Of a stretch of DNA of 47,190 nucleotides, positions 1 through 10,122 are shown in pieces. Under the pieces are notes generated by a model. It had not been told where the DNA came from and searched no databases. It was given only the letters and a program-made list of their open reading frames with translations. Numbering within the stretch: position 1 is the stretch's first letter; each line of letters starts with the position of its first letter. Source of the DNA: an uncultured Bacilli bacterium (GTDB taxonomy: Bacteria; Bacillota_I; Bacilli_A; RF39; UBA660); the NCBI GenBank assembly GCA_947628745.1, contig CANRBB010000002.1, forward strand, positions 1-47,190. Reading direction: 5' to 3'. Position numbers and translations under genes: made by a program.

Positions 1-783
1 AAAAGTAGTAATCCTTTATTATATTTGCAAGTGATTTTGTTAAAATTCATTAATGATAGAAATAAAAATATTTCCCATGAAATAAATGAAAGTAATAATA
101 AAAATATTTCCCAGGAAATAATTGAGAATGATAATAAAAATATTTCCCAGGAAATAAATGAAAGTAATAATAAAAATATTTCCCGGGAAATAATTGAGAA
201 CAATAATAAAAATATTTCCCGGGAAATAATTGAGAACAATAATAAAAATATTTCCCAAGAAAAAATTGCAGATGATGTTCATATAGCAAATACTCAAGAT
301 GTAGAAAGTTTGTATGTTAATAACGTAGTTGATATAAGAATAAATAATACGTTGTGTGATGCTAGCAAATTAGAATTAAATTCTGATAAACAAAAATTTA
401 CAAAATTAAATGATTTTGTATTTGACGATAAAATTGGATATTTGGCTTGTGCTTTATTGGATGGAAATATTAGAGCTTCAAGTAAAGATTATATTATTAT
501 TAGTTATGAATATGAGTCGATAGTTAAAGATAATTTAAAAAACATGGATTCTTTTAGTAAAATTTTAGCAGATAATGTTGGTATAAATAAAAAAATTGCA
601 ATTATTACTGATGAAAAATGGAATGAAATAAAAAAAGAGTATATTGTCAGATTAAAAAAAGGTCCTCAGTATATTTTTATGAAGGAAGATGATGCTTTAC
701 CTTCTAAACTCGATAAAAACAAAAAAAAAGTTAATAATCATGGAATATTAGAGGCTTTTGGTGATATAGTAGAGGAGGAGTGA
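1..783 (+). CDS. dnaX: DNA polymerase III subunit gamma/tau, C-terminal portion (5' end outside window)
   Basis: The frame of ORF 25..783 stays open back to nt 1, so the gene is cut by the window edge. It lies directly upstream of ybaB-recR as in Bacillus. The C-terminal ~170 aa resemble the Firmicute DnaX C-terminal domain. The call rests mainly on synteny. Confidence 0.6.
   Translation, partial: KSSNPLLYLQVILLKFINDRNKNISHEINESNNKNISQEIIENDNKNISQEINESNNKNISREIIENNNKNISREIIENNNKNISQEKIADDVHIANTQDVESLYVNNVVDIRINNTLCDASKLELNSDKQKFTKLNDFVFDDKIGYLACALLDGNIRASSKDYIIISYEYESIVKDNLKNMDSFSKILADNVGINKKIAIITDEKWNEIKKEYIVRLKKGPQYIFMKEDDALPSKLDKNKKKVNNHGILEAFGDIVEEE
61..262 (+). repeat. In-frame 36-nt tandem repeat, about 5.6 copies, inside dnaX
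   Basis: Units start at 61, 97, 133, 169, 205 and 241 (partial). The consensus is aataaaaatatttccc(a/g)(t/g)gaaataa(a/t)tga(a/g)a(g/a)(t/c)aat, encoding NKNIS-x-EI-x-E-x-x. Units 169-204 and 205-240 are identical 36/36. Confidence 0.95.
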
Positions 784-854
784 TTATATTATAATAATTC
801 TAGGTCAATGAAGACTGAAAAATAAAGTTTTAATTATGAAAGGATGATTTAAAT

Positions 855-1145
855 ATGAATATGCAAGCTATAATGAGACAAGCACAGTCTATGCAAAAGG
901 AAATGTTAAAAATTAAAAATGAAATTGATAATATGGAATTTGTTGGTGAAAGTTCATTTGTTTCGGTTACTGTTAATGGTAAAAAACAAATCGTAGATGT
1001 TAAAATAAATCAAAAAGTTGAGGCAGATGATATTGATATTTTGCCTGATTTATTTGTTGTTGCGACTAATAATGCATTAAAACAAGTGGATGATGTTACA
1101 GAAAGAAAAATGTCAAAATTTGGAAATGTTCCAGGACTATTTTAG
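855..1145 (+). CDS. ybaB: YbaB/EbfC family nucleoid-associated protein
   Basis: 96 aa beginning MNMQAIMRQAQSMQKEM and ending PGLF, typical of YbaB. Conserved position between dnaX and recR. Confidence 0.9.
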   Translation: MNMQAIMRQAQSMQKEMLKIKNEIDNMEFVGESSFVSVTVNGKKQIVDVKINQKVEADDIDILPDLFVVATNNALKQVDDVTERKMSKFGNVPGLF

Positions 1146-1153
1146 TGTGAACT

Positions 1154-1747
1154 ATGCCTGAAAGTTTGAAAAGATTAATTGAATCATTTAAAATGTTACC
1201 TGGGATAGGTGAAAAGACGGCAGAGCGTCTCGCATTTTCTGTTTTAAATTTTGATGATGAACAAATTGAATTTTTTTCCAACAGTGTTTTTAACATAAAT
1301 AAAAAAGTAAAAAAATGTTCTCGTTGTAATGTTTTGACAGACGGAGATATATGTTTTGTTTGTAGTGATGAAAATAGAAATAGTGAATTGCTATGTGTAG
1401 TTGATGATGTAAAAAATGTTTTTGTATTTGAAAAAATGGGAATGTTTAACGGCTATTATCATGTTTTAGATGCTCTTATTTCTCCCTTAGATGGTATAAA
1501 TCCTGAGGATATAGGTTTAGAAAAATTAATAGATAGGATAGAAAGTAGTAATTTTAAGGAAATAATTTTTGCATTTAATCCCAGCATAGAGGGAGAAACT
1601 ACTGCTATGTATATAAAACGGGTTTTAGCAGATTCTAATTTAAAATTTACTAGATTGGCGAGTGGTGTTCCAATGGGCTCTAATATGGAATATATTGATA
1701 GCTTAACTTTGGAAAGGGCCTTGGCGGATAGAAAAATTATCGAATAG
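1154..1747 (+). CDS. recR: Recombination protein RecR
   Basis: LPGIGEKTAERLAF helix-hairpin-helix, CSRC...CFVC zinc finger, Toprim-like C-terminal part, 197 aa. Confidence 0.95.
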   Translation: MPESLKRLIESFKMLPGIGEKTAERLAFSVLNFDDEQIEFFSNSVFNINKKVKKCSRCNVLTDGDICFVCSDENRNSELLCVVDDVKNVFVFEKMGMFNGYYHVLDALISPLDGINPEDIGLEKLIDRIESSNFKEIIFAFNPSIEGETTAMYIKRVLADSNLKFTRLASGVPMGSNMEYIDSLTLERALADRKIIE

Positions 1748-1951
1748 AATTATTAACTTAGCATAATATGTAACAGGTAGAATAATTATTTAAGTAATAT
1801 TATTCAGATATGTTAAAATTGGATTGCTGTTATTATTCTAATTTTCTTACTCATGTTGATAATTATATCTACTTAGATAGTAGAGTAGTTAATTAAAGTT
1901 ATGAGAAAGGATATCCAGATAAGTAATAATGGATTTTGATGGTAATTTATT

Positions 1952-2137
1952 ATGAATAAGATTATTAGAATAATTAAGAAGATTGTTTTTAGCACTTTTC
2001 TGCTATATGGTTATAATATGATAGCTACTAATTTTAATTTAGTTGTTCCAATTAATGTTTTAACAATCTTTAGTGTTGCAGTTTTAGGCGCCCCGGGGTT
2101 ACTGGCTTTAATTTTATTTAAAATTACTATTTTGTGA
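1952..2137 (+). CDS. bofA: BofA-like small membrane protein (pro-sigma-K processing inhibitor family)
   Basis: The 61-aa two-TM protein has a C-terminal VPINVLTIFSVAVLGAPGLLALILFK, which resembles B. subtilis BofA HVPINLVTTAISGILGIPGIAALVV. It holds the same position after recR as in B. subtilis. Confidence 0.65.
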   Translation: MNKIIRIIKKIVFSTFLLYGYNMIATNFNLVVPINVLTIFSVAVLGAPGLLALILFKITIL

Positions 2138-2144
2138 GGTATAT

Positions 2145-2954
2145 ATGGTTAATGTTATAGAAGAACAAAATACTTTTTTTTCATTTATTGATAAGGAGAT
2201 TAAAAATAATAGATTGTCACATGCTTATTTGATAGAAACTAATAATTATATTTATACTGATCTGGTTATAAAAGAATTATTAAAAAGAATAATAGGGTAC
2301 AGTCAAGATAATGGTTTAAATATTGAGAAGTTAATTGATGATTGTACTCATCCTGATATAAGCTATATTGATGTGGATGGAGAAACTATTAAGCGTGATC
2401 AACTAAAAAATGTACAGAGACAATTTAAAGAAAAATCAAATTACAATGGTAAACAGGTATATGTAATTCGAGATGCAACAAAACTTAATAATATTTCTGC
2501 TAATACAATGTTAAAATTTTTAGAGGAGCCTGAAGAAAATATTATAGCGATTTTAGTAGCTGATAATAGATATAAAGTGATAGATACTATACTTTCTAGA
2601 TGTCAAGTTGTTACTTTAAAAAATGAAAGCAAATATGAATTTGATCAAAACATAGTAATCTTTGCCGAAAATATATTAGATAAGAGTAAAGGGTTTTTAG
2701 TATATGATGAAATTTTGGAGACTATTTCTAATAGAGGAGAATTAAGCAAAAAGTTAAAAGATGTGGAGCAATTATTATTTTATTATGTAAAAAAAGATCA
2801 GAAGAAATTTTTGGATTATAGTCGGACAAGCCTAATAAAAATTATTACTATTTTGGAAGATGTTATTCAACGACTGGAATATTATGTTAATTATAAATTA
2901 GTATTGGATTATTTAATAGTTAAAGTACGTGAGGTGCAAAATGAATGTTGCTGA
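2145..2954 (+). CDS. holB: DNA polymerase III subunit delta prime
   Basis: LSHAYLIE, NTMLKFLEEPEEN and ILSRCQVV clamp-loader motifs. Synteny with yaaT. Confidence 0.85.
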   Translation: MVNVIEEQNTFFSFIDKEIKNNRLSHAYLIETNNYIYTDLVIKELLKRIIGYSQDNGLNIEKLIDDCTHPDISYIDVDGETIKRDQLKNVQRQFKEKSNYNGKQVYVIRDATKLNNISANTMLKFLEEPEENIIAILVADNRYKVIDTILSRCQVVTLKNESKYEFDQNIVIFAENILDKSKGFLVYDEILETISNRGELSKKLKDVEQLLFYYVKKDQKKFLDYSRTSLIKIITILEDVIQRLEYYVNYKLVLDYLIVKVREVQNECC

Positions 2955-3729
2955 AATTTATATTAATTCTTTTTTTGAAAAAACAAAAGTTCCATATAAT
3001 GGAAAAATTGTATTAAATAAAAATGATTATGTGGTTTTTGAATCTGAAAAAGGTATTTTTTTGGGGCAGGTTGTAAACTTTTATCAAGAAAAAATAAAAA
3101 GTGATGCTAAAATAATTAGATTGGCTAATGAAACCGATATGAAACAGGCTAGGAATAATGATAATGATTCTGATTATGCATTAGCCGAGATAAAAAGAAT
3201 GATTGCAAAATTAGACTTACCTATGAGTGTTGTTGATTCTGCTTATTCACTGGATAAAACACATTTATACTTTTCTTTTGTTTCTGAGATGAGAGTTGAT
3301 TTTAGAGAATTAGTAAAAAGACTTGCACAAAAATTTCATGCTAGAATTGAATTACGTCAAATTGGAGTTAGAGATAAAGCAAAAAAATTGGGAGGATTAG
3401 GTCCTTGTGGTTTAATGTTGTGTTGTAATAAGTTTTTAAATGATTTTAGTAGTGTATCTATTAATATGGCTAAAAACCAATTTTTGGCGTTAAACCCTTC
3501 TAAAATAAATGGTTCATGTGGTAGATTAATGTGCTGTTTAAATTATGAAAATGATATGTATAAGGAAATGAAAAAAGGCTTGCCTGTTATTGGTAATGTT
3601 ATTGAAACTGAAGAAGGGTTAGGTAAAGTTATTGATGTTGATGTTTTTAATAGACTTTGCAAGGTAGAGTTACCTAATAAAACTGTTATTTCAAAAAAAA
3701 TTGGTGAAGTTAATGGAAAAGTTAGATGA
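2941..3729 (+). CDS. ricT: PSP1-domain regulator RicT/YaaT
   Basis: PSP1-like core (RIELRQIGVRDKAKKLGGLGPCG, CCLNYE cysteine cluster). I chose the ATG at 2941, preceded by GAGGTG, over the GTG at 2929. Confidence 0.85.
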   Translation: MNVAEIYINSFFEKTKVPYNGKIVLNKNDYVVFESEKGIFLGQVVNFYQEKIKSDAKIIRLANETDMKQARNNDNDSDYALAEIKRMIAKLDLPMSVVDSAYSLDKTHLYFSFVSEMRVDFRELVKRLAQKFHARIELRQIGVRDKAKKLGGLGPCGLMLCCNKFLNDFSSVSINMAKNQFLALNPSKINGSCGRLMCCLNYENDMYKEMKKGLPVIGNVIETEEGLGKVIDVDVFNRLCKVELPNKTVISKKIGEVNGKVR

Positions 3730-4444
3730 TGTTTTAGGATACGGTTTGAAAATATATCAGAGAAGAGATTGGTTTTGCTTTTCTTTAGATAGTGTTTTAC
3801 TTGCAAATTTTCCTAAAATCAGAAAGAATACAAAAAAAATTTTAGATTTAGGAACTGGAAATGGAGTAATACCATTGATATTATCAAGACGTTCTAATGC
3901 TAATATTTTAGGCGTAGACATACAGCAAGATTTAATAGATTTGGCTACAAAGTCTGTTAAATATAATAAATTAGAAAAGCAAATTTTATTAAAATGTATG
4001 AATATGAAGGAGTTGCTTAATGAAAAAAATTTATATAATAGTTTTGATTTGATTTTGTCTAATCCGCCTTTTTTTAGTAATTATGATAATAGTTTAAAAA
4101 ACGATAATGTTCATAAAGCAATAGCTAGGCATGAACTGTTTATAAAACTTGAGGAAATATTTTTTATAGCATCTCGCCTTTTAAAAGAGGGTGGTAAATT
4201 TGCACTAATTCATAGAGCAGATAAATTTATTGATATTATTACGTTATTTAGAAAAAATGACATGGAACCTAAGTTAGTTACTTTTATTTATAAGAATTGT
4301 AATAGTGAATCTTATATGGTTTATGTTGAAGGTATAAAACATGGTAAAACGGGATTAAAGGTTACTAAGCCATTTATATTGTATTTAACTGATGGTTCAA
4401 TGACGAAAGACTATGAAAAATTGTGTAATGAGGTAATGTTATGA
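3713..4444 (+). CDS. trmN6: tRNA (adenine37-N6)-methyltransferase TrmN6/YabB-like SAM methyltransferase
   Basis: ILDLGTGNGVIPL SAM motif I and SNPPFF catalytic motif. Position between yaaT and rsmI as for B. subtilis yabB. Start ATG 3713; ORF track starts at TTG 3701. Confidence 0.7.
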   Translation: MEKLDDVLGYGLKIYQRRDWFCFSLDSVLLANFPKIRKNTKKILDLGTGNGVIPLILSRRSNANILGVDIQQDLIDLATKSVKYNKLEKQILLKCMNMKELLNEKNLYNSFDLILSNPPFFSNYDNSLKNDNVHKAIARHELFIKLEEIFFIASRLLKEGGKFALIHRADKFIDIITLFRKNDMEPKLVTFIYKNCNSESYMVYVEGIKHGKTGLKVTKPFILYLTDGSMTKDYEKLCNEVML

Positions 4445-5280
4445 GTGAAAAAAATTTAGGAATTTTATACTTGATACCGACTCCTATTGGCAACATGGAC
4501 GATATTACATTAAGAAGTTTGGAGGTTTTAAAAAGTGTTGATTTGCTTCTTTGTGAAGATACGAGGGTAACAGGTATTTTATTGAAACATTTTGAAATTC
4601 AAAAAAAACTTTTAAGATGTGATGAGTATTCTCAACAGAAAGTAAAAAATAAGGTTTTAGAAATTTTGAATGAAGGTAAAAAAGTAGGTTTAGTTAGTGA
4701 TGCTGGTACTCCAATAATTAGTGATCCAGGGTATGAAGTAGTAAAATATGTAATTGAAAAGAACTATAGAGTGATTGCTTTACCAGGTGCAACAGCTTTT
4801 GTTCCAGCACTTATTTCATCTGGTATTTTACCAGCTCCTTTTACTTTTATTGGTTTTTTAAATGCCAATAGCAATAAGCAAGTAAAAGAGTTAAAATCAT
4901 TAAAAGAAAAAAGTGAAACACTAATCATATATGAAGCACCACATAGAATTAAGCAAACCATGGCAAATATATTATCTGTTTTGGGAGATAGAAATATTGC
5001 AATATGTCGTGAAATATCAAAAAAATACGAAGAAATTATAAGAGGTAAAGTATCTGATTGTTTGAAAAAAATTGATAATATTAAGGGTGAGATAGTCGTA
5101 GTTATAAGTGGTAATAATGAAGTAACTGACTTCAGTGATTTATCAGTTGTAGAACATGTAAATTTATATTTAGATGATGGCATTAAAGAAATGGAAGCTA
5201 TAAAAAAAGTGGCAAGTGAACGACGGGTTGCCAAGTCAATTATTTATAAAGAGTTTATGAAAAGCAAAAAAAATAATTAA
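4441..5280 (+). CDS. rsmI: 16S rRNA (cytidine1402-2'-O)-methyltransferase
   Basis: LYLIPTPIGNMDDITLRSLEVL N-terminus and a tetrapyrrole-methylase fold pattern. ATGA start/stop overlap with the upstream gene. Confidence 0.9.
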   Translation: MSEKNLGILYLIPTPIGNMDDITLRSLEVLKSVDLLLCEDTRVTGILLKHFEIQKKLLRCDEYSQQKVKNKVLEILNEGKKVGLVSDAGTPIISDPGYEVVKYVIEKNYRVIALPGATAFVPALISSGILPAPFTFIGFLNANSNKQVKELKSLKEKSETLIIYEAPHRIKQTMANILSVLGDRNIAICREISKKYEEIIRGKVSDCLKKIDNIKGEIVVVISGNNEVTDFSDLSVVEHVNLYLDDGIKEMEAIKKVASERRVAKSIIYKEFMKSKKNN

Positions 5281-5355
5281 TAGGAAGAAGTGAATATAGT
5301 CTGAACAATAATTGTTTATATGATTATGTGTTGCTTGAACGAGTGAAAGGAATGT

Positions 5356-5922
5356 GTGGTTATTGTGAAATTGATAGTAGGATTGGGAAATCCTGGAAAA
5401 CAATATGTAAATACTCGTCATAATATAGGTTTTAGTATTTTAGATAAATATTTAGATAATGTAGTATGGAAGGAAAAGTTTAATGGGTTGTACTATGAGA
5501 AAAATGTTAATGGTGAAAAAAATATTTTTTTAAAGCCTCAATCTTTTATGAATTTATCTGGAGAAGTAGTTAAACAGTATGTTGATTATTTTAAAATTAA
5601 TCTTGATGATATTCTAATTATACATGACGATTTAGATTTAGAATTAGGTAATTATAGATTGAAAGCATGTGGTAGCAGTGGTGGCCATAATGGTTTAAAA
5701 AATATAGAAAATATGTTGAATACTAAAGATTATAAACGTTTAAAAATAGGGATAGGTATAAATCAAAAATATGATACTATAAGCTTTGTGTTGGGAAAGT
5801 TTTCAAATGAAGAAAAAATATTGATTGATAAGTTATCAGATATATTCTGTAATATTATAGATGACTTTTTGATTATGGATTTTCAAAAACTTATGAATAA
5901 ATATAATCATAAGAAAAGGTGA
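5356..5922 (+). CDS. pth: Peptidyl-tRNA hydrolase
   Basis: LIVGLGNPGKQYVNTRHNIGF signature, 188 aa. Confidence 0.95.
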   Translation: MVIVKLIVGLGNPGKQYVNTRHNIGFSILDKYLDNVVWKEKFNGLYYEKNVNGEKNIFLKPQSFMNLSGEVVKQYVDYFKINLDDILIIHDDLDLELGNYRLKACGSSGGHNGLKNIENMLNTKDYKRLKIGIGINQKYDTISFVLGKFSNEEKILIDKLSDIFCNIIDDFLIMDFQKLMNKYNHKKR

Positions 5923-5927
5923 TATTA

Positions 5928-8900
5928 ATGAACGTTTTTGACAAATTAATTAATATAGATAAAATAAATGACATTAGTATTACAGGTACTACTAATGAGT
6001 TTTTTGGTGTTTATGTTTATAATTTATTAAAGCAAAAGCAAAAAAATATTTTGATAGTGACTAGTACTTTATTTGAAGCAAATACTATTTACGGTACCTT
6101 AAGTAATTTTACTGATAATGTATATTTGTTTCCAATGGATGATTTTTTAACAAGTCAAGCTATTGCTATTAGTCCAGACTTATTGATAAACAGAATGGAA
6201 ACTTTAAAGAGTATTTCTGATGAAGGTTGTAATATTGTTATAACTAATTTAATGGGGTATTTAAGATTTTTACCTACTTTGTCAGTTTATCAGAGTAAAA
6301 TAGTAGACTTAAAAGTTAATTTTGAAATTAGTCCTAGAAAGCTATATAATAAGTTGTTGGATGCGGGGTATGTAAGTGAGACTTTAGTTACTAAAACAGG
6401 AGAAGTTGGATTAAGAGGATATGTGATTGATATTTTCCCTTTAGGTGAAGATTATCCTTGTCGTGTAGAATTTTTTGGAGATACCGTTGAATCAATTAGA
6501 ATCTTTGACCCGGCTACGCAAAAATCAATAAAAAATATAAGTAGTATACAAGTATATCCATATTCAGAATTTTTAGTAGATAAAGAATTAGATGTTGGCT
6601 TAGAAAAAAAACAAAATTATTTGCCGTTGTATAGTCAAACTATAAGTAATATAGGAGATTATCTTGATAACCCTATCGTAATATATAAAGATTTGCAACA
6701 AATAGAAAGCTCATATAAGTTAATGGTTGATGAGATAACAAATTATCGTGAGGATAAAGATAAAGATTTTGTTGGTAATTATATGTTTGCAATGGACGAA
6801 TTACATTTCAATAATGTTATACAATATATGAGTATAAATAATATTAATGTAAATAAGAATATATCTTGTATTAATTTTAATGTAATTCCCCTAACTAATT
6901 TTTATGAAAATAGTGATTTAATAAATAATACTATATATGGTTATTTGAATGATGGTAAGACAGTTATTATATGTGTTAAATCATATCAGATTAAGTCTTT
7001 AATTAAAATGTTAACTATGAAGGTTGTAGAAACCGATATCGATAATATATTAGAAAATACAGTAAATATTGTTAATTTTGAAATGAATGGGGGGTTTTGT
7101 TATAAGAATTATGTATTTATTACAGGGAATGAATTATTTAAAGAAAAGATTCATCATAATAAATATAAGACTAATTTTAAATATTCTTCTAAGATATATG
7201 ATATTAATAAATTAGATATTGGCGATTTTGTTGTACATAATGTACATGGTATTGGTATATATAATGGTGTAAAAAAAATATCTTTAAATAATTTAGATAA
7301 AGATTATTTAGAGGTTATTTATCAGGGAAAAGATAAATTATATATTCCTGTTGAAAAGATTGATTCTCTTTACAAATATTCAGGTAAGGAAGGAATTGTA
7401 CCTAAAATTAATAAATTAGGTGGTACAGAATGGCAAAAAACTAAACTTAGGGTTAATAAAAAAATAGCTGATATGGCAACTGAGCTTATAAAGGTTCATG
7501 CTGAGAGAGAACAAAAGAAAGGATTTAGTTTTTCATCTGATTCAGCTTTGCAACTTGAATTTGAAAATACTTTTCCTCATACATTGACCAGTGATCAAAT
7601 AAGGGCTATTAATCAAATAAAAAATGACATGGAATCTCTTACACCTATGGATAGACTTTTGTGTGGCGATGTTGGTTTTGGTAAGACTGAGGTTGCTTTT
7701 GTTGCAGCATTTAAAGCTATTCTAGATTCAAAGCAAGTGTTTTTCTTATGTCCAACAACCATTTTATCTAAACAACATTATGATAATGCTTTGGAAAGAT
7801 TTAAAAATTTTCCTGTGTCTATTGCCTTATTAAATAGATTTACTTCTAGTAGTGATGTAAAAAGAATACTTGATGAAATTAAAATGGGGACGGTTGATTT
7901 AGTTATAGGAACACATAGATTACTGAGTGATGACGTTGTACCTCATGACTTAGGATTGCTTGTTATCGATGAAGAACAAAGATTTGGAGTTAGACATAAA
8001 GAAAAGATTAAGCAAATTAAAAATAATATAGATGTCTTGACTTTGACTGCTACGCCTATACCCAGAACACTTCAAATGTCGATGGCGGGGCTTAGAAGTT
8101 TGTCTTTAATTGAAACTCCTCCAGTTGATAGATATCCAGTACAGACGTATGTTATTGAAGAAAATAATCAAATTATCAGAGATGCTGTTTATAAAGAATT
8201 ATCAAGAGGGGGACAAGTTTTTGTTTTGTTTAATGAAGTTAGTAAAATTGAAAAAAAGGTTTTGGAGCTTCAACAGTTAATTCCTGAGGCTAGTATTATT
8301 TATGCACACGGACAAATGAATAAGGTAGAGCTAGAAACGAGGATGTTAAGTTTTATAAATAAAGAATATGATATTTTAGTATGTACAACTATTATTGAGA
8401 CTGGTATTGATATACCTAATGTTAATACTTTAATTATTTTGGATTCAGATAAATTTGGACTTAGTCAGCTTTATCAGATTAGAGGTCGGGTTGGTCGCAG
8501 TAATAAATTTGCTTATGCTTATTTGATGTACTCTCCAAACAAGACTTTGACTGAAACATCAATTAAAAGACTTAATGTTATTAAAGAGTTTACAGAATTA
8601 GGTTCAGGTTTTTCAATTGCTACGAGAGATTTGTCTATAAGAGGTGCAGGTGATATTTTAGGAAGTGAGCAAGCTGGTTTTATTGATAGTGTAGGTATAG
8701 ATTTATATTTGAAAATGCTTAATGATGAAATAAGGCGTAGGAATGGGAATATTTATTATAATATGGATAGTGATGATGATGTTAGTCAACCGTTGTTAGA
8801 TGTTTCCACGCATATTAAGGATAGTTATGTTTTAGATCAAAACTTAAAAATAGAGATACATAAAAAAATTAATACAATATCATCTAGGGAAACTTTCATT

Positions 8901-9236
8901 AATGTAAAAAATGAATTAGAAGATAGATTTGGTACTTTAGATGAGGAAATGATTATTTATATGTACGAAGAGTGGTTCGAAAAATTAGCTAAAAAAGTTC
9001 CTTTATTAAACTTACGACAGACAAAAAACTCTATTGAGTTAATATTTTCTAAGAAAATTAGCAATTATATAGCTATGGATTCTTTATTAGAAGGTTCTAT
9101 AAAGATAACTAATATGTTTAGATTTTTAACTAGGGGAGATAATATAGTAATAGTTTTGGATATTATAAAATTAGATAAACATCCAGTATTTTATTTAGTA
9201 GATTTATTACTTTTAATTAGTGAAAATAATGCTTGA
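5928..9236 (+). CDS. mfd: Transcription-repair coupling factor
   Basis: About 1100 aa with GDVGFGKTEVA Walker A, DEEQRFGV, TLTATPIPRTL and a CarD-like RNAP-interaction region (GDFVVHNVHGIG). ATG 5928 follows AAAAGG; the ORF track starts at GTG 5919. Confidence 0.95.
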   Translation: MNVFDKLINIDKINDISITGTTNEFFGVYVYNLLKQKQKNILIVTSTLFEANTIYGTLSNFTDNVYLFPMDDFLTSQAIAISPDLLINRMETLKSISDEGCNIVITNLMGYLRFLPTLSVYQSKIVDLKVNFEISPRKLYNKLLDAGYVSETLVTKTGEVGLRGYVIDIFPLGEDYPCRVEFFGDTVESIRIFDPATQKSIKNISSIQVYPYSEFLVDKELDVGLEKKQNYLPLYSQTISNIGDYLDNPIVIYKDLQQIESSYKLMVDEITNYREDKDKDFVGNYMFAMDELHFNNVIQYMSINNINVNKNISCINFNVIPLTNFYENSDLINNTIYGYLNDGKTVIICVKSYQIKSLIKMLTMKVVETDIDNILENTVNIVNFEMNGGFCYKNYVFITGNELFKEKIHHNKYKTNFKYSSKIYDINKLDIGDFVVHNVHGIGIYNGVKKISLNNLDKDYLEVIYQGKDKLYIPVEKIDSLYKYSGKEGIVPKINKLGGTEWQKTKLRVNKKIADMATELIKVHAEREQKKGFSFSSDSALQLEFENTFPHTLTSDQIRAINQIKNDMESLTPMDRLLCGDVGFGKTEVAFVAAFKAILDSKQVFFLCPTTILSKQHYDNALERFKNFPVSIALLNRFTSSSDVKRILDEIKMGTVDLVIGTHRLLSDDVVPHDLGLLVIDEEQRFGVRHKEKIKQIKNNIDVLTLTATPIPRTLQMSMAGLRSLSLIETPPVDRYPVQTYVIEENNQIIRDAVYKELSRGGQVFVLFNEVSKIEKKVLELQQLIPEASIIYAHGQMNKVELETRMLSFINKEYDILVCTTIIETGIDIPNVNTLIILDSDKFGLSQLYQIRGRVGRSNKFAYAYLMYSPNKTLTETSIKRLNVIKEFTELGSGFSIATRDLSIRGAGDILGSEQAGFIDSVGIDLYLKMLNDEIRRRNGNIYYNMDSDDDVSQPLLDVSTHIKDSYVLDQNLKIEIHKKINTISSRETFINVKNELEDRFGTLDEEMIIYMYEEWFEKLAKKVPLLNLRQTKNSIELIFSKKISNYIAMDSLLEGSIKITNMFRFLTRGDNIVIVLDIIKLDKHPVFYLVDLLLLISENNA

Positions 9237-9290
9237 CTTATCTTTAATTGATAAGATATTCTTTATATGTTAGATTAGTGGAGGTATATT

Positions 9291-9944
9291 ATGAATGAAT
9301 TAGAAATTTTAAAGCAACAGCATATTTTGAATTATAGAAATGCCGTGTTAACAATTATAAAAAATAATACTAATTCTTTAATAGATGATGATATATGTTC
9401 ACTTATAAAAATTCCACCTTTAGATTCGATGGATCAGATTAAAGTAAAATTATTAGCTATAGCCAAAAAAAATAATATAATATTACAGAGTAATAATATG
9501 AATAAAATTGTAGTAGAGTGTAGAGAAAAATTAGTAGCTTTAATGAATAAAATAAAAAAATTAAGGATGGATGATTTGATAAATCTTGCTAACCAATTTA
9601 ATTTAGAAGAAGAAAATCAAGTTATAAAAGTGACTAAAAAAGATTTAGCTGTAATTAATAAAAAAATAAAAAGGGAATTAAAAAATAATATAAATATTAT
9701 TCTACAAAGTATAATTATTGATAAAATGGAATTGATAATTCCTGAAGATATTTCTGAAAATTCTAAAGGAAAAATATTAAATGATGTTATAAAATTTGTG
9801 GGAAGTAAGGGAAGTTATCAAAAACAGTTGTTAGAAAATATTGATTTTAAAATATTAGTAAAAGATACAACATTAATTAATGGTATTAAAGAACAAAGTG
9901 AAAGATATATTTTTACGAAAAATAATTCGAGATTATTTAATTAG
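9291..9944 (+). CDS. Hypothetical cytoplasmic protein, no recognised family
   Basis: A 217-aa uninterrupted ORF in an AT-rich genome, preceded by GGAGG and followed by a terminator. No motif I can name. Confidence 0.6.
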   Translation: MNELEILKQQHILNYRNAVLTIIKNNTNSLIDDDICSLIKIPPLDSMDQIKVKLLAIAKKNNIILQSNNMNKIVVECREKLVALMNKIKKLRMDDLINLANQFNLEEENQVIKVTKKDLAVINKKIKRELKNNINIILQSIIIDKMELIIPEDISENSKGKILNDVIKFVGSKGSYQKQLLENIDFKILVKDTTLINGIKEQSERYIFTKNNSRLFN

Positions 9945-9947
9945 GTA

Positions 9948-9975
9948 CACTAACTACAATTTAGTTGGTGTTTTT
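9948..9975 (+). terminator. Intrinsic terminator after the 9291..9944 gene
   Basis: cactaacta (9948-9956) pairs with tagttggtg (9962-9970) including one G:U. The loop is 5 nt and TTTTT follows. Confidence 0.65.
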
Positions 9976-10122
9976 ATATTATTTTAAATCCTAAAAAAGT
10001 TTACTATATGGAAATATTTACCAAGGAAAATCTTTTATATAAACATTATAATATAAATATAAGCTTTTGTAGTATAAATACAGCGTTAATGGCTAAGAAT
10101 AAAGGTAAAGGAGAAAAATGAT

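Noticed and set aside
61-262. Possible CRISPR array suggested by the regular 36-nt periodicity.
   Set aside because: The units are contiguous with no unique spacers. The period is a multiple of 3 and in frame within a long ORF. There are no cas genes and no leader.
40-297. Two minus-strand ORFs (40..297 and 50..289) with striking repeated peptides.
   Set aside because: They are reverse-frame read-throughs of the 36-nt dnaX tandem repeat. The plus-strand frame continues into a conserved DnaX C-terminal domain, and neither minus ORF has an RBS or genomic context.
1930-1956. 7-codon upstream ORF overlapping the bofA start (ATGA).
   Set aside because: It has no RBS at functional distance, and such short ORFs arise by chance in AT-rich DNA.
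4764-5234. 156-aa minus-strand ORF antisense to rsmI.
   Set aside because: It is embedded in the conserved rsmI frame and has no start context or recognisable motif.
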